A DNA stretch of 64,000 bases from Clostridiales bacterium (GTDB lineage Bacteria > Bacillota > Clostridia > Lachnospirales > Lachnospiraceae): assembly GCA_021203365.1 (NCBI GenBank), contig JAJQBI010000049.1:63383-127382 (forward strand), given 5' to 3'. The first letter of the stretch is position 1. Each line of letters opens with the position of its first letter. A program made the translations under genes and the position numbers. The notes below the pieces were generated by a model, which saw nothing but the letters and a program-made list of their open reading frames with translations, made no database searches and was not told the origin of the DNA. Below are positions 41,209-50,038 of the stretch, piece by piece.

Positions 41209-41239
41209 AGACAGCTGTCTATCGTAAGACACTTGTCTT
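41209..41239. promoter_or_regulatory. Tandem palindromic TetR operator candidates
   Basis: AGACAGCTGTCT (41209) and AAGACACTTGTCTT (41226) between the divergent tetR and nitroreductase genes. Confidence 0.6.
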
Positions 41240-41299
41240 GAATTGTCACTTGATGATTGATTAACCGCGCGATATAATATAACTTATCGGAAGGGCGCT

Positions 41300-41347
41300 G
41301 GGCATCTAGTGGATGCCCGTTTTGCGCCGACCGAAGCGAAGAGTAGA
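41300..41347 (+). repeat. REP-like GC-rich palindromic element
   Basis: GGGCATC-TAGTG-GATGCCC followed by GCGCCGACCGAAGCGAAGAGTAGA in AT-rich surroundings. Confidence 0.45.
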
Positions 41348-41479
41348 AGCGCGCTTGCGGGTTTCTTCTCATAATATTATTGCATAGCTGCAGCTATGTG
41401 ATCTCAGGTTTAAATGACAAATTCACAAGAGGTTTCAATTATAAGTCCCTGAAGCATTCAATCGGGTAAGGAGGTTATT

Positions 41480-42148
41480 ATGACATTACAGGAAGCAATG
41501 AGCGCACGACACAAAGTGAGCAAATACAAGGATAAGCCGTTGTCGGCTGATGTTGTCCGGCAGCTTAACGGCAGAATCAAAGCTCAGAATCAGAAATATG
41601 GTTTGAATATGAAGCTTGTTACGGAAAGCAAGGATGCGATGCCGGGGATTATAGCAGCGCTGATGTCAAAGGGCGTCAAAAACTACATCGTTCTGGCGGG
41701 CCCTGACACGACTGGTATTGACGAAAAACTGGGATACAGCAGCGCCGATCTGATGCTTTACGCGCAAACGCTCGGCCTGAATACCTGGTGGATTGGCGGA
41801 ATGTTCAGCCGAAAGAACGCTAAAAAGAACGTAAATGCGGGAGAGAACACGAAAATTATCGGAATCGTTGTGGTAGGATACGGTGAGAATCAGGGAGTTC
41901 CGCATAAGTCTAAGGCGGCATCGGATATATCGTCCTATGATGGCACTGCTCCGAAATGGTTCAACGAAGGAGTTAAGGCGGCTTTACTGGCCCCAACTGC
42001 GATGAATAAACAGGCATTTACCATCAAAGGTAAGGGAAATAAGGTAAGCATGACCTGTGCGAATGGCTCTTATTCCGGCGCTGATCTGGGAATCGGCAAG
42101 TATCATTTTGAACTTGGTGCCGGTAAAGATAATTTTGAGTGGATGTGA
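41480..42148 (+). CDS. Nitroreductase family protein
   Basis: EAMSARHKVSKY, AQTLGLNTWWIGG, LAPTAMNKQ, DLGIGKYHFELGAG. Confidence 0.88.
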   Translation: MTLQEAMSARHKVSKYKDKPLSADVVRQLNGRIKAQNQKYGLNMKLVTESKDAMPGIIAALMSKGVKNYIVLAGPDTTGIDEKLGYSSADLMLYAQTLGLNTWWIGGMFSRKNAKKNVNAGENTKIIGIVVVGYGENQGVPHKSKAASDISSYDGTAPKWFNEGVKAALLAPTAMNKQAFTIKGKGNKVSMTCANGSYSGADLGIGKYHFELGAGKDNFEWM

Positions 42149-42348
42149 CCCTGCGCGATCGCAATGAATAAAATAGTGTCAAGGCAGGGTTTCTCCCAAT
42201 GGTGAAAAACCAGTTTGTAAATTTATCCGAAATTGCCGAAAAGAATTAAAAACAGTCACATGTTATTTTCAGAATAGCCTCTCGACGATGGCCTTTTCCT
42301 GTGATAGAATAAACGCAGTTTATTTTTTTACTGGAGGAGGCATTTTTT

Positions 42349-45123
42349 ATGGGCGATCAGGCGGATAAAACTGAAAAAAGAAGGGTATGTGCCGGCCTTT
42401 TGGCTCATGTGGATGCGGGAAAGACCACCCTCTCAGAGGGAATGCTTTACCTGGCAGGCCAGATCCGGAAGCCTGGCCGGGTGGATCACGGAGACGCTTT
42501 TCTGGATACCTTTGAGCTGGAGCGGGAGAGAGGAATTACCATTTTTTCCAAGCAGGCTCTGCTGCCGCTGGGAGACTTACAGGTTACCCTTCTGGACACC
42601 CCGGGGCATGTGGATTTTTCCGCGGAGATGGAGCGCGCTCTGCAGGTGATGGACTACGCTATCCTTGTGATCAGCGGGACAGACGGCGTGCAGGGACATA
42701 CCCGCACGCTGTGGAGACTGCTGGAGCGGTATCACATTCCCACATTTCTTTTTATAAATAAAATGGATCAGCCGGGGCTCCTTCGGGAAGAGCTTCTGGA
42801 GGAGCTTAAGAGGAAGCTTGGCGAAAACTGCCTGGATTTTGGCGCCGATCGGACTTCCCCGGATTTTAAGGAAAATATTGCCATGTGTGAGGAAAGCCTT
42901 CTGGAGGAGTTTCTGGAAACCGGAGAGATTCAGGAGAGGGATGTACAGAGGCTTATCCGGGAGAGGAAGCTTTTTCCCTGCTATTTTGGATCTGCGCTGA
43001 AAATGACCGGAGTGAAGGAATTTATGGAAGGACTTCAGACCTTCATGCTTCCGCCGGAATATCCGGATGAATTTGGCGCCCGGATTTTCAAGATTTCCAG
43101 GGACAGTCAGAAAAACCGCCTGACCTTCATGAAGATTACCGGAGGATCTCTTCGGGTAAAGGAAATGCTGGGGGAGGAAAAGGTAGATCAGATCCGCCTT
43201 TATTCCGGTGCCCGTTATGAGCTTTTGCAGGAAGCGGGTGCCGGCACCGTCTGTGCAGTGACCGGTCCTGCGGGAACCTTTCCCGGCCAGGGAATCGGCC
43301 GGGAGGCCTCCTGGCACGCACCGGTTCTGGCACCGGTCCTCAATTACCGGATTCTTCTCCCGGAGGGCTGCGATGTCCATGGGATGCTGAAAAACCTGAG
43401 AGAGCTGGAGGAGGAGGATCCGCAGCTTCACATTGTCTGGAATGAGAAGGCCGGGGAAATTTCCGTCAGCCTTATGGGAGAGGTGCAGACGGAAATTCTG
43501 AAGCGGCAGATCTGGGATCGGTTTCACACGGCCGTGGATTTTGGCCCGGGTAAGATTGTGTATAAGGAGACCATTGAGAATACGGTGGAGGGGGTGGGAC
43601 ATTTTGAGCCCCTTCGCCACTATGCGGAGGTGCATCTCCTTCTGGAGCCGGGGGAGCCTGGCAGCGGCTGTCAGTTTTTTACGGCCTGCAGTGAGGATGT
43701 TCTGGATCGGAACTGGCAGCGGCTGGTGCTCACCCATCTGGAGGAGAGGGAACACGTGGGAGTTCTCACAGGCTCCGCGCTCACCGATGTGCAGATCACG
43801 CTGCTGTCCGGAAGGGCTCATGTGAAGCACACAGAGGGCGGTGATTTCCGTCAGGCCACCTACCGGGCGGTCCGTCAGGGGCTTCGCAAGGCCAGAAGTG
43901 TTCTTCTGGAGCCCTGTTATGATTTTTGCCTGGAAGTTCCCCCGGAGAATGTGGGGAGAGCCATGAAGGACATCGGGGACATGAAGGGGGAATTTCTGCC
44001 GCCGGAGACGGAAGGGGAGATGGCGGTGCTTCGGGGAAGCGCGCCGGTTTCCGCCATGAGGGATTACCAGAGACAGGTGATTTCCTATACAAGAGGAAGG
44101 GGACAGCTGAGTCTGTCTCTGAAAGGCTATGTGCCCTGCAGGGAGCAGGCAGAGGTGGTGGAGGAGATCGGATATGATCCGGATCTGGATCCGGAGAATC
44201 CCACAGGTTCTGTGTTTTGCGCCCACGGAGCAGGCTTTCTGGTTCCCTGGGATCAGGTGGAGGACTATATGCACCTGGAAAGTGAATTCCGGGGGAGCGG
44301 TGAGGAGCGGGAGGAAGAGCAGGAGCCGGCGTCTGCCCGGCCGGTTCGCCCGGCACCGGGAAGCTATGAGGAGGAAAAAGAACTCCAGGCGATTTTTGAC
44401 CGGACTTTCGGCCCGTCAAAGAGGGAGAGGGAACGGGCAGCCCGCGGCCTTTTTGACCCGGTTCACAGACAGAAGAAATTTCAGAAAGACTTTGCAGAAA
44501 CTGCCGTCAGAGAAACTCAGGGAACCGGGAGCGCTGCGGGAAGCCCAGGAGGAGACGGAAACCGGGAGGCTTTCAGACGGTCCGGCGCCGGGAAACCCCG
44601 GGAAGAGTATCTTCTGGTGGATGGATATAATATTATTTTTGCCTGGGAGGAGCTGAAAGAGCTGGCAGGGGAGAACCTGCGCGCCGCCCAGACCAGACTG
44701 ATGGACATTCTGTGCAACTATCAGGGCTATATGGGCTGTGTCCTGATTCTGGTGTTTGACGCCTACCGTGTGGAAGGCCATCCGGAGGAGGTCCTTACCT
44801 ATCATAATATTCATGTGGTCTACACAAGAGAGGCAGAAACCGCCGATCAGTATATTGAAAAAACGGTCCATCGGATCGGCCGGAAACATAATGTGACGGT
44901 GGCCACCTCCGACGGCCTGGAGCAGATCATCGTCATGGGAGCCGGTGCCCGCCGTCTTTCCGCCCAGGGGCTTTACGAAGAGATCTGTGAGGCTTCCCGG
45001 CAGATGCGCCTGGAGGTGCAAAAACGCCGGCAGAGCAGCCGCACCTATCTCTTTGACCAGGCCACGCAAGAGGTGACGCAATATGTGGAGACCGTCCGCC
45101 TGGGGAAGAACAGGAATTCATAA
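42349..45123 (+). CDS. TetM/EF-G-like translational GTPase fused to a C-terminal NYN (YacP/Rae1) RNase domain
   Basis: AHVDAGKTT, RGITI, DTPGH, NKMD; C-terminal LLVDGYN, VFDA, ETADQYIE, VATSD. Confidence 0.9.
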   Translation: MGDQADKTEKRRVCAGLLAHVDAGKTTLSEGMLYLAGQIRKPGRVDHGDAFLDTFELERERGITIFSKQALLPLGDLQVTLLDTPGHVDFSAEMERALQVMDYAILVISGTDGVQGHTRTLWRLLERYHIPTFLFINKMDQPGLLREELLEELKRKLGENCLDFGADRTSPDFKENIAMCEESLLEEFLETGEIQERDVQRLIRERKLFPCYFGSALKMTGVKEFMEGLQTFMLPPEYPDEFGARIFKISRDSQKNRLTFMKITGGSLRVKEMLGEEKVDQIRLYSGARYELLQEAGAGTVCAVTGPAGTFPGQGIGREASWHAPVLAPVLNYRILLPEGCDVHGMLKNLRELEEEDPQLHIVWNEKAGEISVSLMGEVQTEILKRQIWDRFHTAVDFGPGKIVYKETIENTVEGVGHFEPLRHYAEVHLLLEPGEPGSGCQFFTACSEDVLDRNWQRLVLTHLEEREHVGVLTGSALTDVQITLLSGRAHVKHTEGGDFRQATYRAVRQGLRKARSVLLEPCYDFCLEVPPENVGRAMKDIGDMKGEFLPPETEGEMAVLRGSAPVSAMRDYQRQVISYTRGRGQLSLSLKGYVPCREQAEVVEEIGYDPDLDPENPTGSVFCAHGAGFLVPWDQVEDYMHLESEFRGSGEEREEEQEPASARPVRPAPGSYEEEKELQAIFDRTFGPSKRERERAARGLFDPVHRQKKFQKDFAETAVRETQGTGSAAGSPGGDGNREAFRRSGAGKPREEYLLVDGYNIIFAWEELKELAGENLRAAQTRLMDILCNYQGYMGCVLILVFDAYRVEGHPEEVLTYHNIHVVYTREAETADQYIEKTVHRIGRKHNVTVATSDGLEQIIVMGAGARRLSAQGLYEEICEASRQMRLEVQKRRQSSRTYLFDQATQEVTQYVETVRLGKNRNS

Positions 45124-45407
45124 GCCCTTCGAGGGAATCCTCATCATCATCTGTATTTCAGGGTAATTGTTTACAAAATCATCCGGTCTGTTCTTTGGCT
45201 TTTTGCACAAAATTGAAATCTGTTTTCAAATTTGCTTTGCATTTTATCAGGAAAAGTTGTAAAATTGGAAATGAAGATATTGTGACCTCGAAACTCCTTG
45301 TCGGAACCATACCTGACAGGGAGTTTTACTTGACTGGCCGGAAGCTTTTCTTCGGTGAAAGTCTTTGGCCGGTGTGCGCAGCAGATGCAGAAGGGATGTG
45401 GAGCAGG

Positions 45408-45920
45408 ATGTTTAAGACAGGAGATTATGTTGTGTATGGGCATACCGGGATCTGCCGTGTGATGGGCGTGACGACCATGGACATGAGCGGGATCTCAAAA
45501 GACAGGCTGTACTATATTCTTCGTCCCGATGGAGCCAGTGAGGGCAAGATTTATACGCCGGTAGACGGAATGAAGCTGGTCCTGCGGCCAATCATGACCA
45601 AAGAGGAGGCCGAAGCCCTGATTGAGGAGATCCCCTCTATTCAGCCTCTGGACATTGACAACGAGAAGCTTCGCGAGGAAAAGTACAGGGAATGTATCAA
45701 GTCCTGCGAGTGCAGGGAGATGATCCGCATCATCAAGACCATTTATTTTCGCAAGCGGAGCCGTCTTTCCCAGGGAAAAAAGGTGACAGCCACAGACGAG
45801 CGCTATATGAAGATTGCGGAAGACAATCTGTATTCTGAATTGTCCATGCTTCTGGATGTACCAAGGAATAAAATGGAAACCTATCTCACTGCCAGACTGA
45901 AAGACAGCGAGAAGGCCTGA
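45408..45920 (+). CDS. carD: CarD-family transcriptional regulator
   Basis: FKTGDYVVYGHTGIC, LRPIMTKEEA, LYSELS. Confidence 0.85.
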   Translation: MFKTGDYVVYGHTGICRVMGVTTMDMSGISKDRLYYILRPDGASEGKIYTPVDGMKLVLRPIMTKEEAEALIEEIPSIQPLDIDNEKLREEKYRECIKSCECREMIRIIKTIYFRKRSRLSQGKKVTATDERYMKIAEDNLYSELSMLLDVPRNKMETYLTARLKDSEKA

Positions 45921-46108
45921 GAAGCAAATAACACAGCGAATGAAAGAAAATGCCGGGCAGGCGGATGCGCGGCCGCCGCCCCGGAACCTGAAACGCACCT
46001 GTGCAGGATTAGGATTCCTTTGCACGGATGCGTTTTTTGCAGCCCCCAAACTGGCTATTCCACACAGAAAAAACGGGCAGGCGGTGTAAAAATTATTGAT
46101 TTTGCATA

Positions 46109-46140
46109 AAAAACCGAAGAATATCAAAGAAAAACCGAAG
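46109..46140 (+). promoter_or_regulatory. Direct repeat (21-bp period), candidate binding site of the YesN-type regulator
   Basis: AAAAACCGAAG at 46109 and 46130, upstream of the sugar-binding protein gene. Confidence 0.6.
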
Positions 46141-46217
46141 GATTTTGTATGGAAATGAAAAGGCATCATTGTTACAATGCTGTCATCAAAAAAATAGATG
46201 ACAAGGGAGGTTATCAA

Positions 46218-47261
46218 ATGAAGAAAAAGATTATGAGCATTTTCCTCGCGGCGGTTATGGTGGGAAGCTTTTCGCTGTCTGTTCCGGTAATGGCAGAGGA
46301 GGAAGCAACGGCGGAGGCTGCGGACGTGGATCTGTCTGAGTACAAGGTTGGCGTTTGTATTTATCAGTTTTCGGATAACTTTATGACTCTGTTCCGTGAG
46401 GAACTGCTCAGCTACATGGTTGAGCTTGGATTCAGTGAGGACAACATCCAGATTCAGGACGGCGCCAATGACCAGGCGACTCAGACGAATCAGATCGACG
46501 CTTTCATTACCGACGGCGTGGATGTACTTATTATCAATCCTGTAAACTCTTCTTCTGCGGCAACCATCACGGATAAGGTTGTGGATGCGGGTATTCCTCT
46601 TGTATATATCAACCGTGAGCCCGATGAGGACGAGGAAGCCAGATGGGACGAGAATGACTGGGATGTTACCTATGTTGGCTGTGACGCACGTCAGTCCGGT
46701 ACCATGCAGGGTGAGCTGATCGTGGATCTTGGTCTGGATGCGGTAGATTTTAACGGAAACGGAGCCGTGGATTATGTTATGATCGAGGGCGATCCGGAGA
46801 ACATTGACGCCAAGTATCGTACCGAGTATTCCATCGCTGCCCTTGAGGACGCCGGTCTTGAGGTAAACTGCCTGGACGATCAGGTAGGCAACTGGGATCA
46901 GGTAACCGCACAGCAGCTGGTAGCCAATTCTCTGAGCCAGTATGGCGATGATGTTGAAGTTGTATTCTGCAACAACGACGCTATGGCTCTTGGCGCTCTG
47001 CAGGCCATTGAGGCTGCAGGCCGCACCGTTGGCGAGGATATCTATCTGGTAGGCGTGGACGCTCTGTCTGAGGCCTGTGAGGATGTTCTTGCGGGAACCA
47101 TGACCGGAACCGTGTTTAATGATCATATTTCTCAGTCTCACAGCGCGGCGGACGCGGCGGTAAATTATCTTACCGGTGCCGGAAATGAGCATTATATCGG
47201 CTGCGATTATGTAAAGGTTACAGCTGAGAACGCGCAGGAAATCCTTGATATGGCCAGCTGA
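46218..47261 (+). CDS. mglB: Galactose/methyl-galactoside ABC transporter substrate-binding protein
   Basis: Signal peptide, IYQFSDNFM, INREP, NNDAMALGA, GTVFND. Confidence 0.85.
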   Translation: MKKKIMSIFLAAVMVGSFSLSVPVMAEEEATAEAADVDLSEYKVGVCIYQFSDNFMTLFREELLSYMVELGFSEDNIQIQDGANDQATQTNQIDAFITDGVDVLIINPVNSSSAATITDKVVDAGIPLVYINREPDEDEEARWDENDWDVTYVGCDARQSGTMQGELIVDLGLDAVDFNGNGAVDYVMIEGDPENIDAKYRTEYSIAALEDAGLEVNCLDDQVGNWDQVTAQQLVANSLSQYGDDVEVVFCNNDAMALGALQAIEAAGRTVGEDIYLVGVDALSEACEDVLAGTMTGTVFNDHISQSHSAADAAVNYLTGAGNEHYIGCDYVKVTAENAQEILDMAS

Positions 47262-47394
47262 TCCGGCAGCTTATCAGGATCATATAAATAACATGTCCCG
47301 GATGGACGGGCTTGTTATCAAATGAAAAGAGGGGTGCGGGCGGTGCGAAAAGCGTCCCGCACCTTTTCCTGTCTGCGCAGTGAAGGAGGAAAAA

Positions 47395-48906
47395 ATGGCA
47401 GAATATAGACTTGAACTGAAGGGCGTTTCCAAGTCCTTTCCGGGCGTGAAAGCGCTGGACAATGTGCAGCTTTCCGTGCGTCCCGGTACCGTGCATGCAC
47501 TGATGGGAGAGAACGGCGCCGGCAAGTCCACGCTGATGAAGTGCCTGTTCGGAATTTATAAGATGGATGCCGGGGAAATCTTTCTGGAAGGTGAGAAAAT
47601 CAAGGTGGCAAATCCTGACGAAGCCATGAAATACGGAATCGCCATGGTACACCAGGAGCTGCAGCCGGTTCCGGCCCGGAGTGTAGCGGAGAATCTGTAT
47701 CTGGGCCGTTTTCCGGTGAAAAAATTCGGGCCCCTGCAGGTGATTGATCACAAGAAAATGTATGAGGATACCGCCTACTGGCTGAATGAAGTAAAGATGG
47801 ATTTTGATCCCAAAGCCCAGCTTGGCTCTCTCTCCATCGGACAGATGCAGTCGGTGGAGATTGCCAAGGCCGTCTCCCACCAGGCGAAGGTTGTGATCTT
47901 TGACGAGCCGACTTCGTCCCTCTCCGATAACGAGGTGGAGGCTCTGTTTCGCATTATGAATGATCTGCGGGACAAGGGCGTTTCCATGGTTTACATATCC
48001 CATAAGATGGATGAAATCAAACGCATCGCCGACGATGTCACCATCATGCGGGATGGTACCTATGTGGGGACCTGGCCGGTTTCAGAGCTGACCACAGATC
48101 AGATCATTGCAAGAATGGTGGGCCGGGAGCTGACCAATGTATATCCGGAGCGGAAGAATAAGCCGGAGGATGAGGTGGTGCTGGAGGTAAAGGATCTCTG
48201 CTCCATTCACCCCAGGTCTTTCCAGAATGTATCCTTTAACCTCCATAAAGGGGAGATTCTTGGATTCGGAGGTCTGGTGGGCGCACAGCGGACAGAGCTT
48301 CTGGAGGGCGTTTTCGGGATTCGCGCCGTGGCCTCCGGGGAAGTGTTTATCAAGGGACAGAAGGTGAATATCCGAAAGCCCGCGGACGCCATGAAGGACG
48401 GAATCGGACTGATCACGGAGGACCGCCGGGGGAACGGTATTTTCGGCTGTCTTTCCATTAAGGACAATGTGGGCGTTTCCGTATACAATAAATATCTGAG
48501 GGCCGGTTTTATTCTGGATCATCAAAAAATCAATAAGGTGGTGGACGACAGCATTCAGATGCTGAGCATAAAAACTCCCAGTATGCAGGAGCATATCTCC
48601 AATCTGTCCGGAGGAAATCAGCAGAAGGTAATTGTGGCGCGCTGGCTGGCCAACAATCCGGATATTCTGATTATGGATGAGCCCACCCGCGGAATCGACG
48701 TCGGAGCAAAGCATGAGATCTATGAGATTATGAATGATCTGGCGGCTCAGGGCAAGGCGATCATTATGATCTCCTCTGAGATGGCGGAGCTTCTGGGCAT
48801 GTCGGACCGCATCTATGTGATGTGCGACGGAAAGATGCGGGGAGAGATTACGGAAAAAGAAGATATGACACAGGCGAAGGTTATGAGCTACGCCACACAG
48901 TTCTGA
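47395..48906 (+). CDS. mglA: Sugar ABC transporter ATP-binding protein (two NBDs)
   Basis: GENGAGKSTL, FDEPT, LSGGNQQK, DEPTRGIDVGAK. Confidence 0.9.
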   Translation: MAEYRLELKGVSKSFPGVKALDNVQLSVRPGTVHALMGENGAGKSTLMKCLFGIYKMDAGEIFLEGEKIKVANPDEAMKYGIAMVHQELQPVPARSVAENLYLGRFPVKKFGPLQVIDHKKMYEDTAYWLNEVKMDFDPKAQLGSLSIGQMQSVEIAKAVSHQAKVVIFDEPTSSLSDNEVEALFRIMNDLRDKGVSMVYISHKMDEIKRIADDVTIMRDGTYVGTWPVSELTTDQIIARMVGRELTNVYPERKNKPEDEVVLEVKDLCSIHPRSFQNVSFNLHKGEILGFGGLVGAQRTELLEGVFGIRAVASGEVFIKGQKVNIRKPADAMKDGIGLITEDRRGNGIFGCLSIKDNVGVSVYNKYLRAGFILDHQKINKVVDDSIQMLSIKTPSMQEHISNLSGGNQQKVIVARWLANNPDILIMDEPTRGIDVGAKHEIYEIMNDLAAQGKAIIMISSEMAELLGMSDRIYVMCDGKMRGEITEKEDMTQAKVMSYATQF

Positions 48907-48926
48907 GGATGGGAGGAGAAAGAACA

Positions 48927-49916
48927 ATGGAAAACAAGAAAAAACTGAATTTTAAGGATATTATGATCAACTATGGCGTGATCATTATCGTGGTCCTTCT
49001 GGTAATCTATACCGGGATCACGTCCCCGAATTTTCTTTCGGTCAATAACCTGACCAATATTCTGAATAATATGAGCTCCCGTCTGGTGATCGCCCTTGGA
49101 ATCGCCGGGTGTATCATTACCGCAGGCTGTGACCTGTCCGCCGGCCGTATGATCGGATTCGGCGCCTGTATTGCCGGAACTCTTCTGCAGCGGATAGATT
49201 ACAGCAACAAGTTTTATCCGGAAATGGAGCCTCTGAATATTTTTGTGGCGCTGATTATCGTAATGGCGATCTGCGCGCTGTTCGGTTCTGTTACGGGCTT
49301 TTTCATCGCCTATATGCATGTTCCGCCCTTTATTTCCACCATGGCCATGATGGAGATTGTCTACGGCATCAACATGATTTACACGAATTCCACCCCTCTG
49401 GGCGGATATGTGACAGCTTACACCAATCTGTCTACCGGAACCTTCCTGGGAGTAAGCTATCTCATCTGGATCGCGGTGATTGTGGCGGCCATTACCTGGT
49501 TTATTTTTAACATGACACGCCACGGGAAATATATGTACGCCATTGGCGGGAATCCTCAGGCCGCGGAAGTGGCCGGTGTCCCGGTAAACAAAACTCTGAT
49601 CATCATCTATGCGAAGGCAGCAGCCATGTACGGCCTGGCCGGCTTCATGCTGGGCGCGAAGGCGGGCGGAGCTTCCGTAAACCTTGGACTGGGCTATGAG
49701 ATGGAGGCCATCGCGGCCTGTACCATCGGCGGCGTATCCGTATCCGGCGGCCGCGGCAAGGTTTCCTCCGCGATTCTGGGCGTGGCGGTGTTTGAGATTC
49801 TGAAGGCTGCCCTCCAGTTCCTGGGAGTGAACTCCAACGCCCAGTGGATTGCCCTTGGTATTATCATCTTTATCGCCATTTCTCTGGATATCCGGAAATA
49901 TGTGGCAAGGAAATAA
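48927..49916 (+). CDS. mglC: Galactoside ABC transporter permease
   Basis: DLSAGR, YAIGGNPQAA, AACTIGGVS. Confidence 0.88.
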   Translation: MENKKKLNFKDIMINYGVIIIVVLLVIYTGITSPNFLSVNNLTNILNNMSSRLVIALGIAGCIITAGCDLSAGRMIGFGACIAGTLLQRIDYSNKFYPEMEPLNIFVALIIVMAICALFGSVTGFFIAYMHVPPFISTMAMMEIVYGINMIYTNSTPLGGYVTAYTNLSTGTFLGVSYLIWIAVIVAAITWFIFNMTRHGKYMYAIGGNPQAAEVAGVPVNKTLIIIYAKAAAMYGLAGFMLGAKAGGASVNLGLGYEMEAIAACTIGGVSVSGGRGKVSSAILGVAVFEILKAALQFLGVNSNAQWIALGIIIFIAISLDIRKYVARK

Positions 49917-49952
49917 GAGAATACAGGAAAACGAAATTCTGTTACACTATGA

Positions 49953-49998
49953 TTTTGTAAACAGGGCCGCCGCAGTCAGCAGCGGCCCTGTTTACAAA
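49953..49998 (+). terminator. Hairpin after mglC
   Basis: TTTGTAAACAGGGCCGC...GCGGCCCTGTTTACAAA. Confidence 0.65.
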
Positions 49999-50038
49999 GC
50001 AGACGGAAAAATTTCCATATGTCAGAGGGGAGGGTGCC

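Noticed and set aside
42349-45123. Tetracycline resistance gene tet(M)/(O)/(W)
   Set aside because: Lacks the YSPVST loop, has an extra NYN domain, and is not in a mobile context.
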